Notes under the pieces: generated by a model | The model's input: the letters and a program-made list of their open reading frames with translations, nothing else | Database searches by the model: none | What the model was told of the DNA's origin: nothing | Translations under genes and position numbers: made by a program | In this document: positions 1-9,758 of the stretch, piece after piece | Numbering within the stretch: the first letter of the stretch is position 1 | Layout: every line of letters starts with the position of its first letter | From: Pseudomonadota bacterium | GTDB lineage: Bacteria > Pseudomonadota > Alphaproteobacteria > Rhizobiales > Beijerinckiaceae | Length of the DNA stretch: 64,000 bases | Direction of reading: 5' to 3' | NCBI GenBank assembly: GCA_023450615.1 | Contig: JAEXGT010000018.1 | Coordinates: 8,808-72,807, forward strand

Positions 1-1
1 G

Positions 2-814
2 CAGAACGTGGCGACGGCCCGCGAGGTCGAAGCCGTCGTACGGGAAAACGGAGCGGTGCCTGCAACGATTGCGATCATCGCCGGACGGATCAAGATTGGC
101 CTGACGGACGAGGAGCTCGACTGGCTTGGCACCGCGAAGGACGTGATGAAGCTCAGCCGCGCGGACCTGCCCTATGCCGTCGCGGCAAAGCGCCATGGCG
201 CGACGACGGTGGCGGCGACCATGATCTGCGCCCATCTGGCAGGCATCCGCGTATTCGCCACCGGCGGGATCGGCGGCGTCCATCAGGGCGTCGAGGCCAC
301 GATGGATATCTCCGCCGATCTGGACGAACTGGCCCGGACCCCCGTCGCGGTCGTGTGCGCCGGTGCGAAGGCCATCCTCGATCTGCCGCGAACCCTCGAA
401 TATCTCGAAACCCGCGGCGTACCCGTGGTGGGCTATGGAACGGACAGGTTCCCAGCCTTCTGGAGCCGGACGAGCGAGCTTCCCGTCCCGATCCGGCTCG
501 ACGATCCCGATGGCCTGGCCGATCTGGTTCTCACCAAGGAGGCGCTTGGCCTGGACGGCGGCGTTCTCGTCGCGAACCCGGTGCCGGAGGCTGCCGAAAT
601 CCCCGCCGCCGACATGAAGGGCTTCATCGATCAGGCCGTCTCCGAGGCCCGCCGCCGTGGCATTACGGGCAAGGCCGTGACGCCTTTCCTCCTCTCGTTC
701 CTGTTCGAGAGCACAGGCGGGCGCAGCCTCGCCACGAACATTGCTCTGGTCAAGAACAATGCCGCGCTGGCGGCGCGCTTGGCGGCATCGCTGACAGCTC
801 GAAAGCGCGGCTAA
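2..814 (+). CDS. psuG: Pseudouridine-5'-phosphate glycosidase, 5' end cut by window edge
   Basis: The frame is open to the window start. The translation carries VFATGGIGGVHQG, DISADLDEL, VVCAGAKAILDL and TPFLL blocks typical of the PsuG/IndA (YeiN) family. Confidence 0.85.
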   Translation, partial: QNVATAREVEAVVRENGAVPATIAIIAGRIKIGLTDEELDWLGTAKDVMKLSRADLPYAVAAKRHGATTVAATMICAHLAGIRVFATGGIGGVHQGVEATMDISADLDELARTPVAVVCAGAKAILDLPRTLEYLETRGVPVVGYGTDRFPAFWSRTSELPVPIRLDDPDGLADLVLTKEALGLDGGVLVANPVPEAAEIPAADMKGFIDQAVSEARRRGITGKAVTPFLLSFLFESTGGRSLATNIALVKNNAALAARLAASLTARKRG

Positions 815-1809
815 ACGGCCTCCCAGGCCGACGATCCCGACGAACGACGCAGCGCATCGAGAATGCGCATGTTCTTGAGCGCGTCGTCGAGATCATATCG
901 GAGAGGCTCCGCTCCCCGGACGACCCGGCTGAACGCTTCCCCCTGAAGCTGATACTGGTCCACGACAGGAAGCTCGACCACCCGGGCCGATTGGCCGCCA
1001 TGGATGGAGCCATCGTCGACGAATATCCGGCTCGGCTTATCCGGGGGAGCGTTGAAGGGGATCTCGATTTCGATCCGCCCCCTTGTCCCGAAGACCTGTA
1101 TCCGCTGGTGAGGCACGAGTTGGGTCGAGACCGTGAAGGTCGCGTGCCGGCCCGCTCCGAAATCCATGAGCGCGCTGGTCATCCGGTCGACCCCGAATGC
1201 GGGATCGAGCTCTTCGAGAGCGACGACGCGGATGGGTTCGGCGTCGAAGAAATAGCGCCCGGCCACCACCGCATAGCAGCCGATATCCAGCAATCCCCCG
1301 CCCCCGATGCCCGCCATGTTGCGGATATTGGATGGATCGGCGTTGAAATAGGAGAAGAAGACCTGGACCGCTTTCACCTCTCCGATAGAGCCTTCCTGAA
1401 TGAGGCTTCTGGCATGCTGCCATTGCGGATGGTGACGGACCATGAAAGCCTCGGCGATGGAGACTATGGATGAGGCTTCCTTGAGCTGCTCCGCCTCCTG
1501 AGCGGTGATCGCAATCGGCTTCTCGCACAACACATGCTTGCCTGCCGCTGCCGCCATGAGCGTCAGCGGAACGTGCAGATGATTGGGAAGCGGGTTGTAA
1601 ACGGCCTCGATATCCGGATCCGCAAGCAGCGCCTCGTAGGACCCGTAGGCTTTCGGGATGCTTAGCTCCCGCGCCATGGCCTGGGCCGAGGCTTCATTCC
1701 GGGATGCGACGGCGACTATGTCGCAAAGCGGGCTTTTCATCATTCCCGGGATGACCTTGGTCCTTCCGATCTTAGCGGTGCTCAAGACACCCCAGCGAAC
1801 CGGCTTCAT
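811..1809 (-). CDS. Gfo/Idh/MocA family NAD(P)-dependent oxidoreductase
   Basis: N-terminal Rossmann segment VRWGVLSTAKIGR and an HVLCEKP motif. ATG at 1809 is preceded by GGGAGA. The in-frame extension to 1863 has no RBS. Confidence 0.85.
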   Translation of the reverse strand: MKPVRWGVLSTAKIGRTKVIPGMMKSPLCDIVAVASRNEASAQAMARELSIPKAYGSYEALLADPDIEAVYNPLPNHLHVPLTLMAAAAGKHVLCEKPIAITAQEAEQLKEASSIVSIAEAFMVRHHPQWQHARSLIQEGSIGEVKAVQVFFSYFNADPSNIRNMAGIGGGGLLDIGCYAVVAGRYFFDAEPIRVVALEELDPAFGVDRMTSALMDFGAGRHATFTVSTQLVPHQRIQVFGTRGRIEIEIPFNAPPDKPSRIFVDDGSIHGGQSARVVELPVVDQYQLQGEAFSRVVRGAEPLRYDLDDALKNMRILDALRRSSGSSAWEAV

Positions 1810-1849
1810 GTTTATCTCCCGAGAGAGTGTGTGTTGATGAGAGGCGCAG

Positions 1850-3457
1850 CTAATCGCTGCCATCCGCGTTCCGATAGATGAAGAAATCGAAATCCGCCGG
1901 CAGGGCGCGCCCCGTCAGGTCGTGCGCGGCCATTCCAACGAACGCGCCCGTGAACGAGCCATGCGCTCCCGGCCCGGCCTCGTCCGATAGGATGCTCGCA
2001 TCAAGGCCGGGGCCGACGGGATTCCAATTCGCGCCGTCCTTCGACCACCTGAACTGGAGATGCGACAGACGAACATCGACACCGAGATGGATCGGCCCAT
2101 CCGCCGGCAACGGCAGATCCTCGTCGAGCATGTAGGTCATCAGGGCATCCGGTGTATCGCCGAGACACGAGATGACCTGCAGCACCCGCCTGCCCTCGTC
2201 ATCCGCCGATACGGCGAGATAGTGGAAGCGCGCGCGGTCGTAGTAGCAGATCAGACCGGCAAGCTGCTGATAGGTTTCCGGCTTGAAATCCACCACGGTC
2301 TCGGCCGTATAGCTCCACTCCGTCTGCCGCCGCGCGACGAGAGCCTGCTCGAACCAGCTTCCGATGGATTCACGCCCGTAAAGCCGGAGATGGCCCGGCC
2401 TCGCACTCAGTGAGAAGAGGCGTTGCCAATCGGGCGAGCGCAGCCACTGAAACTCTGCGGGCAGCGCCTCCTCGTTGAAATCATGACGCTCCGGCTCGGG
2501 CGGAAAAGGGTGGAGCGGGAGTTCGGGCCCCTGCACCTCGACCGCGGGCACCTGCCCGCCATGGGCAAGATGGAGCCAGCCGTCGTCACCCCAGACCACT
2601 CTCTGGATCGCGGTCTCCCGGCCCAGCGGCGAACGCCTCGTTCCAGGCAGAGGGCGGCTGCAGAGATGCGTGTGAAAGACCTCGCCGGTGGGCGTCTCCA
2701 CGTAAAAGCCGTGCCCCGCCCGCTGAAGCGGAGCATCCGGCGCATCCTTGCTCGTCAGGAGATGGACATTCGGATGGAACTCATACGGCCCGTCGATGGC
2801 CCTGGAACGCGCCATCGTCACCGCATGATTGTAGGATGTGCCGCCCTCGGCCACCGTGAGATAGTACCAGCCGTTGCGCTTCCACAAATGAGGGCCCTCG
2901 ACCAAACCGAGAGGGCTGCCCTTGAAGATGTTCTTGATCGGGCCGACGAGGCGCTTCTCCTGCGGCGAGTATTCCTGAAGCAGGATGCCGTCGAAGGAGC
3001 TGCGGCGGCGGCGATGATCCCAGACCATGTTGACGAACCACTTCCGCCCGTCCTCATCGTGGAACAATGAAGGATCGAACCCCGACGAGTTCATGTAGAC
3101 GGGATCGGACCAGGGACCTTCGATGGAAGGCGCCGTCACGAGATAGTTGTGCGTATCCTTGAAGTTGCCGAGCCGCCGCTTCACGTCCGTATAGATCAGC
3201 CAGAAGAGGCCGTCCGCGTAGGTCAGGGCGGGCGCCCACACGCCGCAACTGTCGGGATTGCCGCGCATGTCGAGCTGCGACGCCCGGTCGAGCGGGCGGC
3301 AGATCAGACGCCAGTTCACGAGATCGCGCGAATGATGGATCTGCACGCCGGGATACCACTCGAAGGTCGAGGTCGCGATGTAGTAATCGTCTCCGACCCG
3401 ACAGAAGGCAGGATCGGGATTGAATCCGCGCAGGACAGGATTTCGAATGACGGCCAT
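1850..3457 (-). CDS. Glycoside hydrolase family 43 (beta-xylosidase/alpha-L-arabinofuranosidase type)
   Basis: The N-terminus NPVLRGFNPDPAFCRVGDDYYIATSTFEWYPG is classic GH43. The 535-aa length fits a catalytic propeller plus a C-terminal beta-sandwich. Confidence 0.85.
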   Translation of the reverse strand: MAVIRNPVLRGFNPDPAFCRVGDDYYIATSTFEWYPGVQIHHSRDLVNWRLICRPLDRASQLDMRGNPDSCGVWAPALTYADGLFWLIYTDVKRRLGNFKDTHNYLVTAPSIEGPWSDPVYMNSSGFDPSLFHDEDGRKWFVNMVWDHRRRRSSFDGILLQEYSPQEKRLVGPIKNIFKGSPLGLVEGPHLWKRNGWYYLTVAEGGTSYNHAVTMARSRAIDGPYEFHPNVHLLTSKDAPDAPLQRAGHGFYVETPTGEVFHTHLCSRPLPGTRRSPLGRETAIQRVVWGDDGWLHLAHGGQVPAVEVQGPELPLHPFPPEPERHDFNEEALPAEFQWLRSPDWQRLFSLSARPGHLRLYGRESIGSWFEQALVARRQTEWSYTAETVVDFKPETYQQLAGLICYYDRARFHYLAVSADDEGRRVLQVISCLGDTPDALMTYMLDEDLPLPADGPIHLGVDVRLSHLQFRWSKDGANWNPVGPGLDASILSDEAGPGAHGSFTGAFVGMAAHDLTGRALPADFDFFIYRNADGSD

Positions 3458-3501
3458 GAGCGCTTCCTGATGTTATGAGTGTCCGATGTGTGGAAGCGGC
3501 A

Positions 3502-4548
3502 TCATCCGCGCATCTCCTCCGGCGCTGGGCCGGTTGTGCCTCGTTCCAGCAACTCCAGCGGCAAGCGCACATTCCAGTCCGCCTGCCCTGCCTCTCCCTG
3601 AATCATCTTCAATAGAGCCTGCGCGCCGGTGCGCCCGATCTCGCGCAAAGGCTGCCGGAATGTGGTGAGTGTCGGCTCTGCGAAATCGGCGAACTCGATG
3701 CCGTCGAAGCCGATCACGGACACATCCTCGGGCACGCGCACTCCTGCCGCCTGAACGGTCTTGACGAAGCCGATCGCGCTCTCGTCGCAGGCCGCGAAGA
3801 TGCCCGTCGGACGCTTCTTCATACGCAGGAACGACTCCGCCGCGGCGACGCCGGTCGAGAACGTGAAAGGCCCCTCCCAACGCACGACCTTCTCGCTGAA
3901 ACCGGCGGCGGTGACGCCCTCCTGAAAGCCCTTGCAGCGCTCCGTTTCAATGTATGTGCCCGGAAGCCCCGAAATGTAGCCGAAGCTGCGATGACCGAGC
4001 TGCGCCAGATATTCCGCCGCCTTGCGGGAGGCCTCATGGTCCTGAACGGTGATGTTGGGAATGCCGCTGCCCGGAATGGCGGAGCACATGGCCACGATGG
4101 GGATTCCCGCATCCCCCATGCTGCGCTTGCCTCCTTGAGGAATGCGCCCATTCATCAGGAGCACCCCATCGACCTGACGGGAGAGCACGAGGTCGACATA
4201 GCGCGCCTCGCGCTCGGTCTGATTGTCCAGGTTGGCGACAATGATGCCGTACCCGCTCTGCGTGAGCTCGTCGTCCACTCCCCGCAGCACCTGCGCGAAG
4301 ACGGGATTCGTGAGCCTCGGCGCGACGACCAGCACGGCCATGGTGCGCCGGGTCCGGAGATTGCGGGCCACGCTGTTGGGCGTGTAGCCGCTGCGGCGCA
4401 CGGCCTCCATGACCGCCTTATGGGTCTTGGCCCGCACCTGATCCGGGTTCGCCAGAACGCGGCTGACGGTAGCCGTGGAAACGCCAGCAAGCTGGGCTAC
4501 GTCCGCAATGCGAACCCCTTTTACGCTTTTCCAGCTTCTACGGCTCAT
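3502..4548 (-). CDS. LacI family transcriptional regulator
   Basis: N-terminal HTH IADVAQLAGVSTATVSRVL followed by a periplasmic-binding-protein-like fold. ATG at 4548. It is divergent from the ABC sugar operon. Confidence 0.9.
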   Translation of the reverse strand: MSRRSWKSVKGVRIADVAQLAGVSTATVSRVLANPDQVRAKTHKAVMEAVRRSGYTPNSVARNLRTRRTMAVLVVAPRLTNPVFAQVLRGVDDELTQSGYGIIVANLDNQTEREARYVDLVLSRQVDGVLLMNGRIPQGGKRSMGDAGIPIVAMCSAIPGSGIPNITVQDHEASRKAAEYLAQLGHRSFGYISGLPGTYIETERCKGFQEGVTAAGFSEKVVRWEGPFTFSTGVAAAESFLRMKKRPTGIFAACDESAIGFVKTVQAAGVRVPEDVSVIGFDGIEFADFAEPTLTTFRQPLREIGRTGAQALLKMIQGEAGQADWNVRLPLELLERGTTGPAPEEMRG

Positions 4549-4661
4549 CGCTACACTCTTGAAGGCACAACAGAATATCAGCCCAATCATCCCTAAGGGA
4601 CGCTACGTAAATTTTAGTCTTGACTTACCTTGAAGCTGATTTCAACCTACATAAAACAAGA

Positions 4662-4675
4662 TGTAATCGATTACA
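4662..4675. promoter_or_regulatory. Candidate LacI-family operator (perfect 14-bp palindrome TGTAATCGATTACA)
   Basis: Read directly in the lacI / ABC-operon divergent intergenic region, 33 nt upstream of the SBP start codon. It matches the generic LacI-type half-site pattern TGnAAnCG|CGnTTnCA. Confidence 0.55.
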
Positions 4676-4707
4676 CCAAAACTTCACAACGCTTCTGGGA
4701 GGAAGCC

Positions 4708-5943
4708 ATGCGCCTGAAGACACGCATTTCTGCGTATACCTTTGCTGTTGCTATCGTCTCGAGCACGGGAGCTCTCGCTCAAAAGGCGGAAGTCCTTCAT
4801 TGGTGGACATCGGCCGGCGAGTCCGCCTCCGTGAAAGTGTTTGCCGATCAATATACGAAAGCCGGCGGCACATGGGTCGACAACGCCATCGCCGGTGGCC
4901 CGAACGCCCGCGCAGCAGGCCTCAACCGCATCGTCGGCGGCAACCCGCCGACCATGATGCAGTTCAACACCGGAAAGCAGTTCGACGAACTCGTCACCAA
5001 CGAGCTCGTGCGCGACGTGGAAAGCAAGGCGAAGGCCGGCAAGTGGCGGGACATCATGCCCAAGCCCATCGTCGATGCCACCGTCCGCGACGGCAAATTC
5101 TTCGCGGTGCCGATCAACATTCACGGCCAGAACTGGCTTTTCTATAATACCAAGCTCTTCAAGGACGCCGGTGTCGAGCCTCCGAAGACCTTCCCCGAGC
5201 TGATCGCAGCCGGTGAGAAGCTCAAGGCCAACGGCGTCATTCCGCTCGCCCTCGGCGGACAGCCCAACTGGGAACACAACCTCTTCCGTGCCGTGCTCGT
5301 CGGCAATGGCGGCGCGGATCTCTTCCGCAAGGTCTACGGCTCGCGGGATCAGGCCGCTGCCAAGAGTCCGGAGTTCAAGGAAGCGACGGAAATCTTCGGG
5401 AAGATGCGAGCCCTCGTCGATCCCGGCTCTCCCGGACGCAACTGGAATGACGCCGCCGCATTGGTCATCACCAACAAGGCAGCCATGCACTTCAATGGCG
5501 ATTGGGCCAAGGGCGAGTTCACCGCCGCAGGACAGACCGCAGGCAATGAATATGGCTGCACCATCGTCGGCAAGGACCCGAGGATCGTGATCGGCGGCGA
5601 CGTGTTCGTCTTCCCTGCGACCAAGGACAAGGACCAGCTGGCCGCACAGGAGAAGCTGGCCGATGTCCTCCTCGATCCGACGACGCAGCTCGAGTTCAAC
5701 AAGAAGAAAGGCTCGATCCCGGTCCGCCTGGATGTGGATGTCTCATCCATGGATGTCTGCGCGCAGAAATCCGCCGCCGTGCTGAAGAACCCGGAAAACC
5801 AGGTCGAAGCCATGGAGCTTCTGAGCACGCCGAACTTCTCAGGCGCCATGCAGGATGCGGTCACGCAATTCTGGAACAACCCGAACATGCCGACCGATGA
5901 GTTCGTGGCAAAAGTCGTGGCCGCCATGCAAAGTGCCAGCTGA
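4708..5943 (+). CDS. ABC sugar transporter, periplasmic substrate-binding protein
   Basis: Signal peptide MRLKTRISAYTFAVAIVSSTGALAQ. ATG at 4708 follows GGGAGGAAG. It is followed by two permeases and an ATPase. Confidence 0.85.
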   Translation: MRLKTRISAYTFAVAIVSSTGALAQKAEVLHWWTSAGESASVKVFADQYTKAGGTWVDNAIAGGPNARAAGLNRIVGGNPPTMMQFNTGKQFDELVTNELVRDVESKAKAGKWRDIMPKPIVDATVRDGKFFAVPINIHGQNWLFYNTKLFKDAGVEPPKTFPELIAAGEKLKANGVIPLALGGQPNWEHNLFRAVLVGNGGADLFRKVYGSRDQAAAKSPEFKEATEIFGKMRALVDPGSPGRNWNDAAALVITNKAAMHFNGDWAKGEFTAAGQTAGNEYGCTIVGKDPRIVIGGDVFVFPATKDKDQLAAQEKLADVLLDPTTQLEFNKKKGSIPVRLDVDVSSMDVCAQKSAAVLKNPENQVEAMELLSTPNFSGAMQDAVTQFWNNPNMPTDEFVAKVVAAMQSAS

Positions 5944-6016
5944 GATACCTTCATTCCAATGCGGTCCGGCGGAGCACTGCTCCCGCCGGACCGGCAAACT
6001 TTGAGGGATATTTCAG

Positions 6017-6955
6017 ATGGCTATCGTCACGATTCCGACTGCCGTTGCTAAGCCGGAGCGCCCTGTCAGAAGCCGCCGCCTCAACAGAGTCCGGCTGCCC
6101 GCGGCCCTTGCCCTGCTTCCCACGGCGCTCATCGTTCTCGTCGTCTATATCGGCTGCATGCTCTGGACGGTGCGGCTCTCGTTCACGAGCTCGACGCTGC
6201 TTCCCAAGCTCGATTGGGTCGGGTTTGCGCAATACAGCCGCCTTTTCATGAACGACCGTTTCCTGGTCTCCGCTGAAAACATCCTGATCTTCGGCGTTCT
6301 TTTCATCTCGGGCTGCCTCATCCTCGGCTTCCTGCTCGCGGTCTTCATCGATCAGAACATCCGCGCCGAAGGCGTCTTTCGCACGATCTTCCTTTATCCG
6401 TACTCGATGTCGTTCGTGGTGACCGGGGTCGCCTGGCAATGGTTTCTCAACCCGGGCCTCGGACTCCAAAAGCTCGTGCGGGACCTAGGCTTCGAGAGCT
6501 TCACCTTCGACTGGCTCGTGAACCAGCAGATGGCGATCTACACCATCGTCATTGCCGGGTTGTGGCACGGAGCTGGGCTGACCATGGCCATTCTCCTGGC
6601 GGGATTGCGCGGGATCGACTCCGAGCTTTGGAAGGCCTCCCGCATTGACGGAATCCCTGTCTGGCGCGTCTATCTCTCCATTGTTCTGCCGCTGCTTCGG
6701 CCCATGGTCGTGACCGCCACCGTGCTGCTCTCCGTCGGCGTCGTGAAGCTTTACGACCTCGTGGTCGCGATGACCCTCGGAGGCCCCGGCATTGCAACGG
6801 AAGTGCCTGCGAAATTCGTGATGGACCACCTGTTCGAGCGCAACAACATCGCCCTCGGAACGGCGGCGGCCACCGTCATGCTGATCACGGTCGTGGCGAT
6901 CATCGCTCCATGGGTCTACGCCAAGTACGTCCGGAAGCAAGGGAGGCCCGCATGA
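6017..6955 (+). CDS. Carbohydrate ABC transporter permease (MalF/UgpA-like)
   Basis: Multi-TM protein with the EAA-type loop WKASRIDGIPVWRVYLSIVLP. Its stop overlaps the next start (ATGA at 6952). Confidence 0.9.
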   Translation: MAIVTIPTAVAKPERPVRSRRLNRVRLPAALALLPTALIVLVVYIGCMLWTVRLSFTSSTLLPKLDWVGFAQYSRLFMNDRFLVSAENILIFGVLFISGCLILGFLLAVFIDQNIRAEGVFRTIFLYPYSMSFVVTGVAWQWFLNPGLGLQKLVRDLGFESFTFDWLVNQQMAIYTIVIAGLWHGAGLTMAILLAGLRGIDSELWKASRIDGIPVWRVYLSIVLPLLRPMVVTATVLLSVGVVKLYDLVVAMTLGGPGIATEVPAKFVMDHLFERNNIALGTAAATVMLITVVAIIAPWVYAKYVRKQGRPA

Positions 6956-7836
6956 CCAGCGTCATCCCGCAAGGCAGCCGCCCCAAGCGCCTCACCATCG
7001 GACGCGTCGGCATCTACGCCTTTCTGATCACGGCCGCCCTGTTCTTCACGTTGCCGCTCTGGATCATGATCGTCACCTCCCTCAAGCCGATGGAGGAGAT
7101 AAGGCTCGGGAACATCCTCGCGCTCCCTGCCAATCTCACGTTCGACGCGTGGATCAAGGCATGGTCGTCGGCCTGTACCGGGCTTGAATGCAACGGCATC
7201 AGTGTCGGTTTCTGGAACTCGGTCCGCATCCTGATCCCGTCCGTCATCCTGTCCATCGCGGCAGGCGCCATCAACGGTTATGCCTTGTCCTTCTGGAGGG
7301 TGAAGGGAGCCAATCTGATCTTCGGCATCCTGCTTATCGGCGCGTTCATCCCCTATCAGGTCTTCCTCTATCCCCTCGTACGCATCTTCTCCACGACCGG
7401 GATCTACAATTCGCTGCCCTGCATCATCATCGTGCACGTGATCTTCGGCCTGCCCACGATGACGCTGCTCTTCCGCAACTATTATGCCGGATTGCCCATC
7501 GAGCTGTTCAAGGCGGCGCGCATCGATGGCGGAGGCTTCTGGACCATCTTCTTCAGGGTGATGCTGCCCATGTCGACTCCGATGATCGTCGTGGCCGCGA
7601 TCCTTCAGGTCACTGGCATCTGGAACGACTTCATCTTCGGCCTGACTTTCGCAGGGCGGGAGAACCTGCCCATGACGGTGCAGCTCAACAACATCGTTCA
7701 CTCGACGCAGGGAGAGCGCGCCTACAACGTCGACATGGCCGCCACCATGCTCGCGGCGCTCGTTCCCCTCGTCGTCTATTTCGTTTCGGGCCGCTGGTTC
7801 GTCCGCGGCATCGCCGCAGGTGCAGTGAAAGGGTAA
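6952..7836 (+). CDS. Carbohydrate ABC transporter permease (MalG/UgpE-like)
   Basis: Multi-TM protein with FKAARIDGGGFWTIFFRVMLP. The ATG at 6952 overlaps the upstream stop. Confidence 0.9.
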   Translation: MTSVIPQGSRPKRLTIGRVGIYAFLITAALFFTLPLWIMIVTSLKPMEEIRLGNILALPANLTFDAWIKAWSSACTGLECNGISVGFWNSVRILIPSVILSIAAGAINGYALSFWRVKGANLIFGILLIGAFIPYQVFLYPLVRIFSTTGIYNSLPCIIIVHVIFGLPTMTLLFRNYYAGLPIELFKAARIDGGGFWTIFFRVMLPMSTPMIVVAAILQVTGIWNDFIFGLTFAGRENLPMTVQLNNIVHSTQGERAYNVDMAATMLAALVPLVVYFVSGRWFVRGIAAGAVKG

Positions 7837-7838
7837 AC

Positions 7839-8918
7839 ATGTCCGCCGTTTCCGTTCGCGATATCAGCGTAGCCTTCGAGGCGGTCCGCGTCTTCAACGG
7901 CCTCTCCCTCGATTTCGAAGCCGGCGAGTTCATCGTCCTGCTCGGTCCCTCGGGTTGCGGCAAGTCAACGCTGCTCAATGCGATTGCCGGTCTTCTCGAC
8001 ATTTCAGAGGGACAGATCTGGATCGGGGGGCAGAACGTCACCTGGGAGGAGCCGAAGGATCGCGGCATCGCCATGGTCTTCCAATCCTACGCGCTCTACC
8101 CGCGCATGAGCGTGCGCGAGAACATGTCCTTCGGGCTCAGGATGGCGAAGACCCCGAAGCCAGAGATCGAGAAGCGGGTCAAGCAGGCTGCGGAACTCCT
8201 GCAGATCACCCATCTCCTCGACCGCCGTCCCGATCAGTTGTCGGGCGGGCAACGTCAGCGCGTGGCGATCGGCCGAGCGCTCGTGCGCGATGCGGCGGTC
8301 TTCCTGTTCGACGAGCCGCTCTCCAATCTCGATGCGCAGCTTCGGAATGAATTGCGTGTCGAGATCAAGCGGCTGCACGCCCGTCTCGGCAAGACGACGA
8401 TGATCTACGTGACGCACGATCAGATCGAGGCCATGACATTGGCCGACCGGATCGTGGTCATGAAGGACCAGCAGATTCAGCAGGTCGGCTCTCCTTCGGA
8501 AATCTACCACCGCCCCGCCAACATGTTCGTGGCCGGGTTCGTCGGCTCGCCGCAGATGAACTTCATCAAGGGCAGGCTCGAGGATACCGGCAGCGGACCG
8601 ATCTTCGTGTCGGGCCATCGCCGCCTGCCGCTTCACGGCTACGCGTTCGCGGGCTCCGCGCCTTCCGGCCGTGATGTGGTGCTCGGTGTGCGGCCGGAGC
8701 ACCTGAAGATCGTCGAACTCGGCGCCTGGCCGGGATTCAGCGTCGATATCGTCGAGCCCATGGGAGCCGATACCGTGATCTGGTGCAGGGATGGCGACGG
8801 CGCGCTTCAGGTCCGCACCGGCGGGGATGTCAGATTGTCTGCGGGCGAGCGGCTCAATCTGGGCATCGACGCCGCGCAGGTCTCTCTCTTCGAGGCCGAT
8901 GGCGGCCAGCGTCTCTAG
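7839..8918 (+). CDS. ABC transporter ATP-binding protein (UgpC/MalK type)
   Basis: Walker A GPSGCGKST, signature LSGGQRQRVAIGRAL and Walker B FLFDEPLSNLD. ATG at 7839 lies 2 nt after the upstream stop. The 7188 extension in the ORF track overlaps the permease out of frame. Confidence 0.9.
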   Translation: MSAVSVRDISVAFEAVRVFNGLSLDFEAGEFIVLLGPSGCGKSTLLNAIAGLLDISEGQIWIGGQNVTWEEPKDRGIAMVFQSYALYPRMSVRENMSFGLRMAKTPKPEIEKRVKQAAELLQITHLLDRRPDQLSGGQRQRVAIGRALVRDAAVFLFDEPLSNLDAQLRNELRVEIKRLHARLGKTTMIYVTHDQIEAMTLADRIVVMKDQQIQQVGSPSEIYHRPANMFVAGFVGSPQMNFIKGRLEDTGSGPIFVSGHRRLPLHGYAFAGSAPSGRDVVLGVRPEHLKIVELGAWPGFSVDIVEPMGADTVIWCRDGDGALQVRTGGDVRLSAGERLNLGIDAAQVSLFEADGGQRL

Positions 8919-8985
8919 CCGCAGAGCCTTTGCGCTTGCCTGACGCGCAGACAAGCGCCCTCACCTCTCAAACCTTGAGGACTTC

Positions 8986-9753
8986 ATGAGCGTTTCAGAC
9001 TGCCTTTCGATTCAGCTTTACACCCTGCGCTCGATGGAAGACCTCGACCGCATTCTCGATACCGTGGCTCAGGCCGGCTACCGTTATGTGGAGACGGTCG
9101 GCTCCCATCTGGACGACGCCGGCGGCGTGCGCTCCAAACTGGATACGCGCGGATTGAAGGCTTCCTCCAGCCATGTCAGCCTGGCGGCGCTGCGGGAAAA
9201 GCCCGACGCCGTCATCGAGGCCTGCCGGGTTCTCGGCCTCACGGATATCTACATGCCTGCCGTCCCGCCCGAACAGCGCGACATGGCGGCGGATGGGTGG
9301 CGATCCCTCGGCCAGGAACTGGGCCGGATGGCTGAGCGCTTCCAGAAGGACGGCATCCGGCTCGGCTATCACAATCACCACTGGGAGATGATCCCGAAGG
9401 ACGGCGCCAAGACCGCGCTCGAACTCATTTTCGAGGAGGCGGAGGGAAGCCCCCTCGCCTGGGAGGTCGACGTGGCATGGCTCGTCCGTGGCAATGCTGA
9501 CCCCAAGACATGGATCAACCGCTACCGGAGCAAGATCACCGCAGCCCATGTCAAGGACATCGCCCCTGCGGGACAGAACGAAGATCAAGATGGCTGGGCG
9601 GATGTCGGCTCCGGCAGCCTCAACTGGCAGGATTTGTGGAAGATCTGCCGCGACGCCGGCGCCAAATGGATGGTCGTGGAACACGACAAGCCCACGGATC
9701 CCGCCAAGACAGCCCGCGCAAGCTTCGACTTCCTCCGCAAGATCGAGGGATAA
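8986..9753 (+). CDS. Sugar phosphate isomerase/epimerase (xylose-isomerase-like TIM barrel) family protein
   Basis: 255 aa. The content (IQLYTLRS..., YVETVG..., HNHHWE, WMVVEHD) is typical of the AP-endonuclease-2/xylose-isomerase-like TIM-barrel family. A GAGGA RBS is present. Confidence 0.75.
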   Translation: MSVSDCLSIQLYTLRSMEDLDRILDTVAQAGYRYVETVGSHLDDAGGVRSKLDTRGLKASSSHVSLAALREKPDAVIEACRVLGLTDIYMPAVPPEQRDMAADGWRSLGQELGRMAERFQKDGIRLGYHNHHWEMIPKDGAKTALELIFEEAEGSPLAWEVDVAWLVRGNADPKTWINRYRSKITAAHVKDIAPAGQNEDQDGWADVGSGSLNWQDLWKICRDAGAKWMVVEHDKPTDPAKTARASFDFLRKIEG

Positions 9754-9758
9754 TCGTT

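Noticed and set aside
7188-7838. 5' extensions of track ORFs (7188-8918, 9510-10934, 31152-32972, 41206-42849, 355-1473)
   Set aside because: The upstream parts overlap well-supported neighbouring genes in another frame and translate to Arg/Pro/His-rich junk. Internal ATGs with an RBS directly after the neighbour's stop (7839, 9759, 31542, 42639) give canonical N-termini.
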